Translations under genes and position numbers: made by a program
Assembly (NCBI GenBank): GCA_010015805.1
Contig: ML978124.1
Location: 1,364,001-1,428,000 of the forward strand
Origin: Rhizodiscina lignyota
Taxonomy: Eukaryota
Length of the DNA: 64,000 bases
Reading direction: 5' to 3'
Notes under the pieces: model-generated
The model's database searches: none
Told to the model about the DNA's origin: nothing
The model's input: the letters and a program-made list of their open reading frames with translations, nothing else
Part shown: positions 23,213 through 37,130 of the stretch, in pieces
Numbering within the stretch: position 1 is the first letter of the stretch
How the letters are laid out: the number at the start of each line of letters is the position of its first letter

Positions 23213-25387
23213 CTACTTCCGATGCCTCTTTGGGCTCGCTCCACTCACACCACTAAGCACACTGGCACTCCTCTTGCGACTTCCCCGTGTACTCATCGGC
23301 GTGCGCGAACGATGCGAAGACGGTCTTGCACTGCTGCTGTTCGGACGCGAAGCCAGCGCATCAGGGATCTCGTCATCCTCTACAATTTCATCCTCTTCAC
23401 CCTCGGCATCAGCGTCTACGTCTCCATCAGCATCTTCGTCAAGCTCTGCATCAGGATCTGCGTCGACATCGTCATCCTCTCCCTCTGCATCATCAGCATC
23501 AGCGTCAGCATCAGCATCCACGTCGCCATAGGCATCTGCTTCACCCTCGGCGTCCGCCTCCCCGTTCGCCTGGCTAGTCTCTGTGTCGCCGTTGACTTCA
23601 TCCACCGCCCCATCAACAGACGTCACACCACTCTCCCTTCTTTGCCTCTCCTCCTTAACATTCCTCGCAACCTTAATCTCACCCTCCTCCTTCTCCAACA
23701 CCTTCCTCGCCTCCATTAATTTCGCAATGCGGCCGACCAATCCCTCAAACGCATCCACCACATCCGCCGTGGGCAGGTTGATAAGCTCCGGAATGCGCAA
23801 CTCTGTCAGCGCGGCGTTCAGCTTTGTCGTCTCTGGGCCGCTCTTGCGCTGCCGCAGGCGGTGAATCTTGTCGCTCGGGAACGTCGTGCCCGCCGTGAGC
23901 CGCTCGTGCGTCGAGATGCCGAAGCGCCGCTCGTTCTTTGGTGTCGTCGCGCGAACCGGTGCTCCTGGGATAAGGGGAGCGGAGCCCGCTGGACCCGCAG
24001 AGCCAGGCCCGCCTAGTGAGCTTCTCTTTTGACCACCAATAGAGCCGAATGATTCCCTTGCATGGGCCGATATTGGAGTACCATTTGCATATGCTGGAGA
24101 TGGGAGCATGCCATTGTCGAGGCTGAGTCTGCCACCTGGCGCTGCGCCGCTCTGGCGGTGCCGCTTGTCACGGTTCGAGTTGATGAGGCGCTGGAAGAGC
24201 TCGTTCAGCTCTGCACTACTGGCGAAGCCGCTGGCCAGTGTGCCGGTCTGCGGCGCAGGTTGGAGCGTGGCGCGTAGCTGTTCTCGCTCCGCTTCGAGCT
24301 TTTCGTAGTTTATCATGATACGCTGTAGCTCCGCGATGAGGTGCTCCTCCTCTTTAGTCTCGTCGAGTGAACGCGTCAGCATGGACTCGGCGAGGCGCTT
24401 GCGGGTGCGCTCTTGGTATGGCTTGAATTCTTTGAGAGTGTTGTATAGCTGGAATTCAGCGTCGCTCATGTTTTCGGGAGACGCTGACTTCGTCATGGAT
24501 TCTAGCCAGATCTTGTAATAGCGGGCCTTCAGCTCGTCGATTGATCGAGGCTTGGACACAACCAGTGCATTCGCGCCATTGGCTGCTGAGTCTTGTAAAG
24601 AACCGTTCACATTGGCATTTGCAGAATCGTCTGTTGAATTGGGCACTTCTTGGCTCTTCACTTCTCCGCTCACGCCATTGACCTGCTGCGCCTGATCGTT
24701 TGTCTGAGATTGCGCTGAAGAACTGTCGAGCGCTTGAGACTCAGCGACCTTTGGCACAAATTTCCATCGATCTGCAATGATTATCCAGCGCATAGAATAG
24801 TCCTTCACCATTTCCATCAAGTAGTCTGTCTCCTCTCTGCTCCAGTCATCGTCCTTCAACTTGGCCTCATAAAACTCATCATCGTAGCTCGGCGTCGTGA
24901 TCTGCACATTGTACTTTGCGAAATCGTAGTCCCTCGCCACAGTCTCTTCTGTCGTGCTATTCGCCTCTGGATCCCTATTTTCCAAGTCTTCCATAGTCGC
25001 ATCGCCATTATCTGCGCCTGTGTTCCGCCGGGCAACTGGTTTCGGACGCCAGTGTCGCAGCACTAGGTCATCGTCTCGCGCCGGATTCATAAAAGGTTGG
25101 CTGGTCCATTGCTTAGCCTTACGCTTCGGTCCTTGTTTCGCGCGGTATGTCTTGTTTGGGTCGATTATCGCAACGGGCGCGGCGCGTTCGCCTATGAGAG
25201 CGTGAAGTTCGCGTGCTATGCCAGCTAGAGGTTGTTGTTAGTGTAAAAAAAATCACTTGAAGGGATTAGACATACTTTGCTTGGGATGTGTCGTTTTGAC
25301 TTTCTTCGCGGGCGGCGCAGATTTCGACGCGGTCTCGTTACTGTCAGGGAGACCGAGGACATCGCGAAGATCTTTGCTGGACGCCAT
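23213..25387 (-). CDS. SWC4: SWR1/NuA4 subunit Swc4/Eaf2 (DMAP1 homologue)
   Basis: MASSKDLRDVLGL, GIARELHALIGE, PFMNPARDDDLVLRHW, SANT WSREETDYL...RWIIIADR, RSIDELKARYY. One intron at about 25226-25276. Confidence 0.92.
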
Positions 25388-26484
25388 CCTGGCGCCGCAA
25401 AGCTTTGGAAATGGTGCTTCTGAGCGCGGATGTTAATGAAATATGATGCGGTTTTGATGAACTTCTGCGGTGTTCAACGGGAGTTGTTGCTTGAGAAGCT
25501 GCTCTCTTGCATCGGTAGAAAGTTGTAGGTTACGTCCAGCACCCGGCAAATTCCGCACACATATGAGCGCGCCTACAGTCTAGGTACCTTAGTGCCCAGA
25601 ATTCTGGGAAAGAGCACCGGAGACTTGGGTGCCGAAATTCGGCTCGTCTCGAATTCCAAGTTGCCCAAGTGCAGCACTACATTACGAACGCAACGGATTT
25701 TGGAATTGTGTCTTCTATTCGTCACACCCCGATCCTATACTTTCTAACCAGTTCTCATCCCCTTCAAATTCCTCTACGGAGTCAATCCGTTTCAGGCCGT
25801 CTGCTTCACTATGCCCTCAACGGCTGGAACTCTCGCAACAACAAAACAGACACCTCGCTAATGCTAGAGCCAGAGCTGGAATAAGAAAAAACACAAGGCA
25901 ATGGAAATCGTTCCCCGTTTTTATCGCCCGGAAGGAAAGAGAAGAAAGCCAACACGAAGTACTCCAACGGCAAGCGATTGCTTTATCTGGCACTCATTTT
26001 TGCCGCCATTTTCCGATGCAAGTGTAGAGTCCCGTCGGTAGCTGCCATGGAGCAGCGCACGGAAATAAGATATTAGGTAAGGGTGCTGTGTGTAAAGAGA
26101 TGCAAAGTCGTGTCCGCACAATCGTTACGAAGGCCGTGGAGTCGTTGTTCGACCCAGCGCTGATCCAGGCAGATGATAATTTTTCAGAATCCTTCTCGCG
26201 AATGAGGATCTTGGGATCTCCAGTTCGATGCAGTTATGATTTATCGCGTTGGGGAGTGGCGGTCGAATCTCGTAATTGTCACCATGTGGAAAGACCAAAG
26301 CATATTAAATGGTTGATTTCCAACCAAATTGAGGAATGGTCTAGCGCCAGAGTCGAATCGAATGGGGTAGAAAGAGCCGTGTCCTGCGTCTCTGAAGGAA
26401 GTGAAATTGCCGACCTCAACAAAGAGGTGGTTATGCTGTGTCCCGTTAACAAGCAATGAAGAGAACAAATGAGCCTGAATGCCA

Positions 26485-28217
26485 CTAACCACAACATAAA
26501 GTCTTCATCATCTTCTGGTACCACTTCTCTTCTGGCTGGCCTTCGACTGGCCTGGGCTGCCCGGGTGATTGCGGGTTTTGTATAGCCGGTGCTTGGACAC
26601 CACTGGTTCTTGGCTGACCAGGCAGGTTGGCTTGGCTATGCTGGAACTGTGCGACTGTGCTGCCGCCCTCTGGCGACCTGAAGTCTGCATTGCTCTGTCT
26701 CTTTCCGCCCAAATCTTGGTTATAGCCACGCTCTGGCCTCTGTGGATGCCTTCCAGTCCCTTGCGGGCCAGCTCTTGCTGCTCCGGGTTTAGGTAGATCT
26801 GCGTTCAGACGCTCATGGGTCATTGGGGCTTTCGAGACGCGTTGCTGGCCATGCAGCTCACGCTGAGATGAATTGGGCATACCATGGTTGAGGTGTGCCG
26901 CTGAAGGATGTTGCTTCATCGCTTCCCATCCCTTTCCATTGTTCAACTTCATCCAATCATATTCTCCATCTTCGACTTCGCCTGTGTTCTTGAGAGCTTG
27001 TGTGAAGAGATCACGGAGATAATCATAATCGGGGGTGTCTTCGAATCCAAGGTTGCGGACGTAGCTCAAATACTTGTTGAACTCCTCTGATAAGGGATTA
27101 GCGAGGGAGTACTTCTAGTTGGAATAGACCAAACATACCTGGAAATCCATCACAGAGGTCTTTGATGGGCGTCGTCTGTTTCTTTTCGCCGATCTTCTCG
27201 TACTTCTGTTTGTTCGTGGCTGCCTTGAGCCCTTGCCAGGGCAGCCCACCTCGAAGGAAGTACATGAACACATGACCCAATGCTTCGAGATCGTCTCTCC
27301 GGGACTGTTCTCGGCCCAAGTGCGTGTTGATACTCATGTATCGAGCGGTACCAGACAACGATTTTCGTTCCCGATAAGGTATGTGTTGTTTGGTCTTGGG
27401 GTCTCGGTATTGTTTCGCCATGCCAAAGTCGACAACATGGATGACATTGGCAGATTTAGAGCCTGGTCGGCCGATGAGGAAGTTGTCGGGCTTGATATCT
27501 CGGTAGATGAGGTTCTTTTCGTGTATAGTTTGCACCCGAGACAGCTGTTTCATCTAAGTCACGGTTCCGCGTGTGGGGGCTAATTGTTCATACCATCTGT
27601 TTTGCGACCATGACCACAGTCTTGATGGAGAATCGTCGATGACAATGGTCAAAGAGATCTTCCAGACTCGGTCCGAGTAGGTCGATCACGAGAATGTTGT
27701 GAAGGCCTTCTTGGCCGAAGTAATAAACATTAGGAATACCCGCTAGAGGGCCTTGGTTAGTAAGACTGTTTCCAATGTTTACACAACAGCAGAAAGCAAA
27801 CCCATCCTCTTGACCTTCTGGTCTCGTTGCATCTTGAGCTGCCGAGCGTGGTTCATGGTCCAATTGTTCTCCCCTCGTGGCAGCCCATCGGCAAGACCTC
27901 CCTTGAAAGAAGACGGGCATAAGCTGGTGTGTACAGAAAAGTGTTGACTTACGACATCCTACGAGGATTTTGTATGTGCGGTACTCGTCTCTGAGCTGTG
28001 GTGCATCGCTCTTCCGTGGTTCCTGGGGTTGGGCTGAGCGTCAGCGATGCGGCGATCGGGATGCAATGTCAAGGAGGAGCGGACTTACGAATTTGATGGC
28101 AACCTGCTGGTTGTTGAGCAGATTGGTGCCCTCGAAGATGACACCGAAAGAACCCTCGCCGATTTTCTTGCCGACGCGGTAGTGGACGCCCACGACGTTG
28201 GAGGACGAGGAGGCCAT
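26485..28217 (-). CDS. YCK1: Casein kinase I, membrane-anchored Yck1/2 (CK1-gamma) type
   Basis: [37 protein letters not shown]-terminal CC. Several introns, including the 210-nt intron 27743-27952. Confidence 0.93.
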
Positions 28218-30012
28218 GTTGTTGTTGCTGCGTCGAGGCGCGGAGTCAGGAGAGCGACGGCTGGCGAGGCTGCGACATGCAGAGGCAGAAGATGCAGCTC
28301 GACAGTTCCTCTCGATCGCTTTCGGGTTGCTGGCGGGGTGTCGGGGATGTGTGCTTGGGTGGTTGTGGAGAGAGAGATGGAGTGTGATGTTCAGTCGAGG
28401 GGGGCGGTTTGGCACTTGTGGCACTGCAAAGCTTCGGTGGTGTTCGTCTGCTCCTGCTTGTATTGGCCCGCCCCAATAAAAAGGCTTGGCAGCAGCGGCT
28501 ATTCAGAAAGAGGAGAGTGTCCGACCGCCGTAGCACACGCTGGCGTATAGTGGCGCATAGACGCGAAGAGACTTCCGACCGTGCGCTAACTCTCCGATGC
28601 CTTTCACGCTGAAGGTGCTCTGCTCATCTGCCTGCCATCTCCTGTAACCTGGTTTCGAGAGCCGGTCGCGACACCCCGCGACTCGATCAACGCGGCAGTG
28701 TGAGTGGGAGCGCAGCAGGCACAGCCAGTCTGGCAGGGTCTCAAATCATCCAGAATTCATCAGCCTGTGGCAGCGAATGACACGAGGCGGCGGAGCTAGT
28801 GCACTGCTGCACGGACTGGACGTGGCTCTGAACCTCACAGGGTCACCAAACAAGCACCTTCCAACCGAAGCACAATGAAATTGCAGACAAACACCTGGGA
28901 ATTGCCTTCAGACACTCCACACGATGCTTTCTTCTTTTCACACTTGCTCGAGTCATTTGCTGTTTCATCATACCTCCGACGTGGGACAAAGGATCGAAGG
29001 ATTCTCAGGACCCGCAAGATCTTCAGCTCCAGGGCTAATGCACGCCTGAGGAGCCAGGTCCAAAGTCACAACGACCGCCATACAGCACCACGTTTTGAGC
29101 TACATCTGTCTGTTCTCACGGTTGCCGATTGAGTCCGTCTCTAACTACCAGAATCGCTTCCAAAAGAATGCAAAACTCTCCCGAGCATCCGCCTTTACAT
29201 CACCAGGCAGTGACCTTTACCACCAGGCTGTCCATGATCTCCAACTGGTGAACGTGCCGAGTCAGCATTCGTATCCTGGAGTTTGAATTCGAGGCATTGC
29301 TCACCAGGATAGTGCTCAGCCATTGTGGTTTATGGAGCTCTGACACAGGATGTCTTTCGTATGTTCTTTCGTAGGTAGGCTCCAGGGGCCGTTCTCTTTC
29401 TATCCGCTTTTCCGATAATGTCGTGAAACCATTCACGACGTTTGATTTGCGTACCGATATAATTATAGCTGAGAGGGCCACTGCATGCCATCTCCGATCC
29501 CACAGAGTCGCGTGGGAGGCTTTGATATTGTCTCTTTGTGCATTCCCGTTCGCAATCATGCTTTTCAACTTGGCTCTTCGTCAAATTACATCCAGAATTT
29601 CGGGTCTTTACTGCTGTGAACCAATCACAGCCATGTACAAACACACTTCCCTAACACCTGTGTGACTGCATCGGGGACAATATGACGGGCTTTGACAATA
29701 GACCCACCACCATGGGCGAGCGTTCTTTGTCCAACCCTGCTACAGATCCAGATTACATCACTCTTCACTTGTTCGGCGTTGGACCTTGAAATACAGTCCT
29801 AGCAATCTAGGTGCAGGACGTTGCAACGGTTTCCGAAGGCCAATTAGCAGCTTTTACACTATTTGGATTCATTTCACTTCTGCGAGACCTTTACGGCGCC
29901 TACACTGTCACGGACTCTAGCGCCAACATCTTCGGCCATGCTCAGGAAAACTGCACCATGGCGAAATCATCACCTCCAGTAACTCCACCTCTTTCAACAC
30001 AATAGTCCGTCT

Positions 30013-31697
30013 TCATACTCTCTCGGCGCTTACCCTCGACTCTCCAATATCTTCAATCTCAGTGGCCATACCGCCTTTCTTCTCGGCATGGTGATCGATG
30101 ATCTGGCCACTCTTGACATCGATTTCGCGCTGGTACACCGCAATCTCATCCTCATCGCCGAAGATCGCTGCGATTTCCTCCAGCGGCAAACCTTTCGTAT
30201 CTGGGAAGAAGAACCATACGATGAGCCCGCCAATCGTCCCAGGAATAATGAACACGAGATAGAACTTCCAACCGATGGTAACAAATGCCGTCGGGGCGGC
30301 CTGCAACCACACAATATTCGTCAGCGAGATCATCGCCACACCCAATGAAAGGCCCTTTGCGCGGAGATGCGTCGGGAACAGCTCGCCCAAGTACGAGAAT
30401 TGCGTGCCATCCAGGCAAAAGCCGTATGGGATCTGGAAGATATAGAACATGGCGACTGCCGCTTGGAGCGCGGCCTGGTTGTTTGAAGTGCCGAAGTTGG
30501 CCACGAGCGCGGCTTCGATGATGAGTGTCACCATGCAGCCCAGGATGCCGGTGGCAATGTACTTGTTGCGTGGAAAACGGTCGACAATTAACATGGCCAT
30601 TATATTGATGCCGAGAGTTAGGGTGAGCCAGCCCGCTGGATAAAGGAGTTGTTTCACCGGTGAGAAACCCAAATTCTTATACAGAGTCGGCCCATAATCT
30701 GTAAATAATGTCAAAAACTATAACATCCACTTGAAATAGGGCAAATCATCACGAACTGTTAATGACCAATACACCGCTGCACTGGATGAAGAACGTAGTT
30801 CCCATGGCATAAAGCGCTCGCTTCCTGTACGATGGCTTCTTGAACATGTGGTACCAGGAGCTTGGCAGCTCTCTATCAATAGCGATCTGCTTCTGGATCT
30901 GGTAGAACTCTGCGCGAGCAAACGTGTTATCGGGATCGGAGGGATCGCTGTGGAGCTTGAAAAGAATTTTGTTGGCTTCATCAATGCGATCCTGCATAAC
31001 AAGCCAGCGAGGACTCTCTGGAAGCCATGGAAGCCCCATGAGCAAGAACAGTGGCCATGCACACTGTATCGCCAATGGTGGTCTCCAGGTGTTGCTGCCA
31101 CCAGTCTTCCAGAAGTAGAAGCCGAATCCAACCCAGCCTTGGACTGTATATCCCAGAATCAAGAAGACGGCGTGGATATCGACCAGACCTCCGCGCATAT
31201 CAACAGGTACGACTTCATTCATCCAGATTGGCACAGCGGCCAAACTCATGAACGCGGAAGCACCCGCAATCAGACGGAAGACGATGAATTCTGCAATATT
31301 CGTGGAGCCAGCGAGTACAGCACCTGAGATTATGGCCAGAATGGCGGACACTGCAATGCCCCATTTTCTTCCGTACTTGTCGGAGACCCACGGTAGCATC
31401 AGCGTCCCAATGACACCGCCGGTCTGAAACAGGCCATTGGTTGTAGCAATGAGGTCGGTGCCATTCTTGCGCGTGTCGAGGGCAAAGTATGATATGAAAG
31501 ACGGCTGTCCAAGCGTAGTTCCTATGATGCTAGCCGTATATCCTGCGAAGAGGAAAGATCAGACTCGAATTCAAACCCCGGCGATTCTCGGCACTTCCAT
31601 ACTAACCATAGGTCATAGAACCAAAACCGACAAAGCAGAGAATCAGGACGTTATACGCATTGATGCGCTGGCGCTTGACGCCAGCTACGTGCGGCAT
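30013..31697 (-). CDS. MFS sugar-porter family transporter
   Basis: SDKYGRK, PESPRWL, ELFPTHLRAKG, PDTKGLPLEEI. ATG 31697; two introns. Confidence 0.9.
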
Positions 31698-32306
31698 GAT
31701 GATTGTAGCTCGAGCAAAACAGAGGAAAAGAGGAAGCAAAGGGACGGCCGGACGAAAGGTTCAGCTGCTGTGGAATAGCAACCTACATGAAGCATTTCTC
31801 TGCCCAGGACAGGCCCACCAATCTACCGAGCTTAACATTCGAGACCATCTCGGCTGCGTCCCCAATGAGGAGTTGAAACCAGTATACCAATGCTCTGGTT
31901 CGGGAAATGATTACCTGCTGGCCTTGACGTCCCAGGGCATGCAGCGAGGTACGGTCTACTCGCGCGACTCAGGAGTGACAGTTCACTCACAGAGAGGCGG
32001 CACATCTCCGCACATAGTAAAGGATACTTGGGTGCAGATGCGGGGCCCCGGCTATTCCCCAGGAAGTACCCTAAGGAGTGTCATGCTTGCTGTGCTCGGA
32101 GCATTACATGACTCAATTATTTGAGAAGATGATCTTTTATAGATTATGAAGTCGCGTTGAGGCGAGGATTTGCCGTCCTTTCATCGATGAAGTTGGATGG
32201 AGGATTACTGAATAGGTGATATGAAGCTAGTCCTAACGTAGTGTAGCGTAGAGTATCCGCTCTTTCCAACTCAGGTACTGTATCTATGTATTTATCAACA
32301 TCTTTT

Positions 32307-33541
32307 CTAGAAGACTGCAATTGCATTCGGTGGACTTGCTACTCCACCCTTGATTTTGAGGGGACAACTTGTCAAGAAGAACGACCACCGCTTTTGCCGT
32401 TCACACTCCCTCGCCAACTCCTCCAAGTCCCACATCTCGCCTAATGGCTTGTTGGAGTTAGCCACCAATACTCGAGCAAGCGATGCGGCGCTAATACGAC
32501 TTACCATTCCCCACATCGCTAATAAAGTATCATGTAGGCGATATTTAACGTCTTTGGCTGGCCATGCTTCGAACCCGATTGAGTCTCCAGCGACGGCAGC
32601 AAAATGATTGTTCCAAAGCCACTCTACGCATTCAGGGGAGCTGTCCACTCCGACGTACTCACCGACACTATTGATTCGGAGCCGCTCTTCTCGGCTGGAC
32701 TCCTCATACTTCTTTGTGAAGCCTGTCCGGACTAGGAGAATGTCGCCGGGTCGGAATTTCAGACCCTGTTCCTCAGCTATCGCCTGGACATCTGAAATGG
32801 GTATCCGATGCGTCGTCCATGGATCGTATTTGACTCCTTTTCGCTGAGCCCAGCTGACATAGTCAATGAGTACACCTCGGCCGACTATGCCACCGCGTTC
32901 GCACCAGTCTAGACGAAAATTAGTAAAGAAACGAATGATGATAGAGAATCAGCTCCCGTACGATCGGTTCCGATGTGATCAGTCTTCAGCAACTCATCAT
33001 GATGGATGCCTTGATAATACTGGCCTGTCTCCTGATACGCCCAATGTCCTGCTCTATGTCAGAAGAGCTCAGTTAACCAAACATGATAACTTACGCAGAC
33101 CATCCCATTGACTTCCTGAAATGCTGTTAGTGGCATGCTCACATTTCTTCAGATACTGGAATGGTACCGGACTGGGTATTGATGCTGAGCTCATCATCAT
33201 ATGACCAATTTGAAGAGAATTCTCTCCAATTGACGATCTTGTGTTTGGTCGCTAAACGATTGTATCCCGGCTCTTTGATATACTCGAGGCTCCAGCTCAA
33301 ACATACGCTCTTCCCGGTCTTGATCTCTTTGGCAGCCTCCGCGACGACCTCAGGCGTCAGTAGGTTCAAGGTCCCAATCTCATCCTTTACGTCGTTTTTG
33401 TCGAAGAGACCCCAGGCACAGCCATGACTGTTGGTTGCGAATGTAAGCTTGAGCAAGTAGTACGGAGAGGATATCTGCGACTCACGGCATGCCCTTAACA
33501 GGTGGCATGTCCTTGTACAACGGCAACTTTGACGCATCCAT
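32307..33541 (-). CDS. Putative cyclase / kynurenine-formamidase-like metal-dependent hydrolase; multi-exon
   Basis: HGCAWGLFD...DEIGTLNLLTP, NTQS-GSQWDGL-RHW, RGGIVGRGVLIDY, GDILLVRTG, AVAGDSIGFEAWP, GVASPPNAIAVF. Confidence 0.88.
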
Positions 33542-34199
33542 AATTGCAATTTCAAGTCCAAAAACTAAAATTTTGCCTATGACAGCTGACCAACAAGAGA
33601 AAATATTAATTTGGTCACTTTCAACTTACTCCAGAGAACCGCTTCATATACATCACTCTCAAAGGATGACCAGCACGACTCATTAGGAACGGCTCCGTGA
33701 CTCCGCGAAGTCACGTTGCTATATCCGTATATGTGGCTCTCTAAATTTGTTCGCGTGGCTCTCTACCAAATTGATGAACCTGACAGTACTCCGTACCTGG
33801 GGCTGGAAAACTTTATCCCCGAGGCCCCACACTGCATCTACATACCTTGGTTAACCCCAGTCTTCTCCGCATTCGGCTAACCATACAGGGCAATCATTGG
33901 CTTTTGCACTCTTCGCGATATCTTCGCTGTTTTGATGTCGCCGGAAATTCTATTACTGGCTTCCAGCCGAGCGCCCGATCGGCCCTCGATATTTCGGAAA
34001 CATCCATTGTGCTTGGCGGATTTGAGCAAGATCAATACAGACCTTTCGAGCAATTGATCACAAAGTCTTCGATATTTCTTATTCAAGCTTCTCTAGATTG
34101 TCATTGCTTTCGAGGTCATCTGTGCGAGAACAGTTCTGATAGACCAGCGCGTTCAGTTGTTCCAACTCTTGTACCAATTTCCTATCTAATTTCGGAAAG

Positions 34200-36043
34200 A
34201 TGATCTTCAAGTCGAGGAGTCCTGACATCAACCCCACTCCATGCAATATTCTTGACTTTCTGTTCCCCGAAGGTGCTCCTGTCTCAGAACAACCACTATG
34301 GATCGACGCCTACAATGAAAGCACTTCCGTATCTCCGAAGCAGTTGCTGGTATGGGTCCGCAGATTCGGACTGGGTTTGTCGAGGCTTGGAGTCGGAGTT
34401 GGTGATTCAATCTTAATATACTCTCCAAACCACGTCTTCATACCGGCAGCATACCTTAGCTCCGTCTGTCTAGGAGCAGCATTCAGTGGAGCAAGTCCAG
34501 CTTTCACCGTTCCAGGTAGGGGCCTCATAACATTGTGCACCGTCACGTGCATCTAACAGGAGACAGAACTTGTACATCAGATGAAAGTCCTCGGGCCCAA
34601 AATATTCTATTTACATCCGTCTCTGATCCAAAAAGGGCTTGCAGCAGCAGAGCAATGTGGCTTTCCAAAAGAGAAAATCTTCCTCGCCTCAGACGTCTTC
34701 GTACCTCCGCAAAACGGGCTGAGGGATTGGCGCGCACTCATGGCCACCGAGGAAGAGAGTAAAAACTGGAGATGGAAGCCTTTCACTCCAGAAGAATCAC
34801 GAAATGTAATTGCAACCGTCAATTTCTCGTCAGGGTAAGGCAATTTGCAATTCCTCATTTGAACAAGTGTTGACGTAAACCAGAACAACTGGCTTGCCAA
34901 AGGGTGTCGCAGTCTCCCACTCCAATCTTATCCACAACGTCACTATGGTCATAGAAACCTATAATTACGGCACGCCGCCTGAACGGTGGTTGGGCTTCCT
35001 CCCGTTATATCACGCTTACGGCCAAGCCTACGCCGTGCTCGTCGCCACAAAGGCGAGCGTACCCATCTACATCATGCCGAGCTTCAACTTTGTAGACTAC
35101 CTCAAGTTCATCCAGAAGTACAAGATCACGAGACTCCAGACCGTGCCGCCAATCCTCATTATGCTCGACAAGCGGCCGGAGACGAAGCACTACGATCTCA
35201 GCAGCGTGAGAGAAATCCTGTGCGGCGCAGCGCCATTAAGTAAAGAGCTCCAGCACGCGATCGAGAGGAAGTTAAACGTTCGTGTGACACAGGGCTGGGG
35301 ATTGTCGGAAACGACGTTCGCAGCCACAGGTGTGCCAACGGGTATGCAGCCGCTGACAGGCAGTTCGGGACTGCTGCTTCCAAGCACAGAGTTGCGCTTG
35401 ATTGATGATGATGGTAAGGAAGTAGGCGTTGGTGAGAGGGGAGAGGCGTATGTTCGAGGCCCGCAAATTGCGAAAGGGTATTGGCGGAATGAGAAGGCGA
35501 CTGCGGAGACGTTCGAAGATGGTTGGTTAAAGAGTGGTGATGTCGCGGTGGTGAATGAAGATGGATATATGTGGATTGTAGACCGCAAGAAGGTCTGGCG
35601 CACGTTGGACCGGCAAGATGGCAGATGGCTGACTCAAGAACAGGAACTCATCAAAGTGAACGCACTCCAAGTTAGCCCGGCAGAACTCGAGGCAGTATTG
35701 ATTGAGAATCCGGATATAGATGACGCAGCTGTTGTGGGGATTGAACTGTAAGTGCAGGTAGTAATTCTGAAGGCAGCTTCTTCTGACGCAATGTAGGAGC
35801 CAAGGAGAGCGGCCGAGAGCGTACGTCAAACTGGCTGAAGGAGCAAGGGCTCGATTAAACGAGGCGCAAATACAGGAGTGGATCAAGCCCAGAGTGGCGA
35901 AGCATAAGTGGTTGGAGGGAGGGGTAATGATCGTTCCAGAGATACCAAAGCTAATGAGCGGAAAGATCCAGCGGAAGGTGATGAGGGAATGGGCGAAGAA
36001 AGACGCAGAGAGATTAGGAGCTGCGACGAAAGCTAAGTTGTAG
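34200..36043 (+). CDS. 4-coumarate-CoA-ligase-like acyl-CoA synthetase, peroxisomal (PTS1 AKL)
   Basis: NFSSGTTGLPKG, QGWGLSE, GWLKSGD, DRKKELIKV, IPKLMSGKI. Final exon ends ...GAATKAKL TAG at 36041-36043. Confidence 0.92.
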
Positions 36044-36109
36044 ATATCTGCCAATTCGATCGAGAGCATAGAGCATACAACATTTGCAAGAGACGGCGAT
36101 TGAATAAAG

Positions 36110-37130
36110 CTAAATCTTGCTTGTTGGCTGCCGACTGAATAAAGGCGCATCTCGTCCGCTTCTGAATAGATCGAGCATTTCCTTGCTCATCCATGTCTCT
36201 CGCGTCTTTGCAATACCGCGCTCTAGATCGATAGCGCGGTCTGATTGAACGAGAACACCCTTTCCATTGGCCTCCTTGCCTTGCCTCATCAAGTCCGCGA
36301 CAACAAGAGCTATCGTATCGGCTCTGTTGATTGGCACGCCGACCTTTTCCATCTCGTCGCCCCATTCGGAGGGTGAGATCCCTGAGCGGTTCTGCAACAG
36401 AATAGGCGTGACAGTGATTCCGGGCGCCACGACAGAGATGGCAATGTTTGACTTTGCGACCTCTTGCTTGAGAGCACGCATCAGACCAACGATGCCTGAA
36501 AACACAGTCAGATGTAACAGCAGCGGCATTAGACGTTAGTTAAAGTCTTACCGTGTTTCGCCGCGCTGTAATGAGGTGCTCCTGCAGAGGCAAGGTATCC
36601 GGCCAAGCTTGCAGTCATGACGATGGAGCCACCTTCCTTATTCTTCCGTAGGTAATGTATTGCTAGCTTAACAGAGTCGCACGCAGCATCCATATCGATA
36701 GTCAGACATCGTCGGTCGGGCTCAGCCAATTTACCCTCGCTGTCCAGCTTGTCATCGAAGAATTGGTCGCCAAATTCAGCAATACCTGTTGATATAAGAT
36801 TGTGTTGTCATAACAGAGATACCCCTGCTTACCAGCATTAACGTAGACCGCATCGATCCGGCCGAATTTCTTTGCCGCAGCTTCAAAGCCGGCACGTTGC
36901 TGTTTCCAATTGGTGATATCGCACTGGTGGTAAAGGAATCGGTCTGAGCTTATGCTCATTCTTGGGGCTCGTGGAGAGCGGTCTAGGACTACGATATTGT
37001 TCGACTCTGAAGCTGCAGCGACGACATTTGCCGTGGCGAGACCAATTCCGGACGCTCCTCCCGTGATTAAAACTGTCTTGTTCTTCAAAGTCTTAAGATC
37101 ATTTTGGTCGACTCTGTACACCGACCCCAT
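36110..37130 (-). CDS. Short-chain dehydrogenase/reductase (15-PGDH-like), C-terminal SKI
   Basis: TGGASGIG, NAG, YSAAKHG catalytic motif. Ends PTSKI, a PTS1 variant. Confidence 0.9.

Noticed and set aside
22970..23719. 249-aa hydrophobic + strand ORF
   Set aside because: Antisense shadow of the acidic DADA-rich tail of SWC4.
28218..28424. In-frame non-AUG extension of CK1
   Set aside because: The conserved sequence begins at [13 protein letters not shown] in good context. An open GC-rich leader is unremarkable without ribosome profiling.
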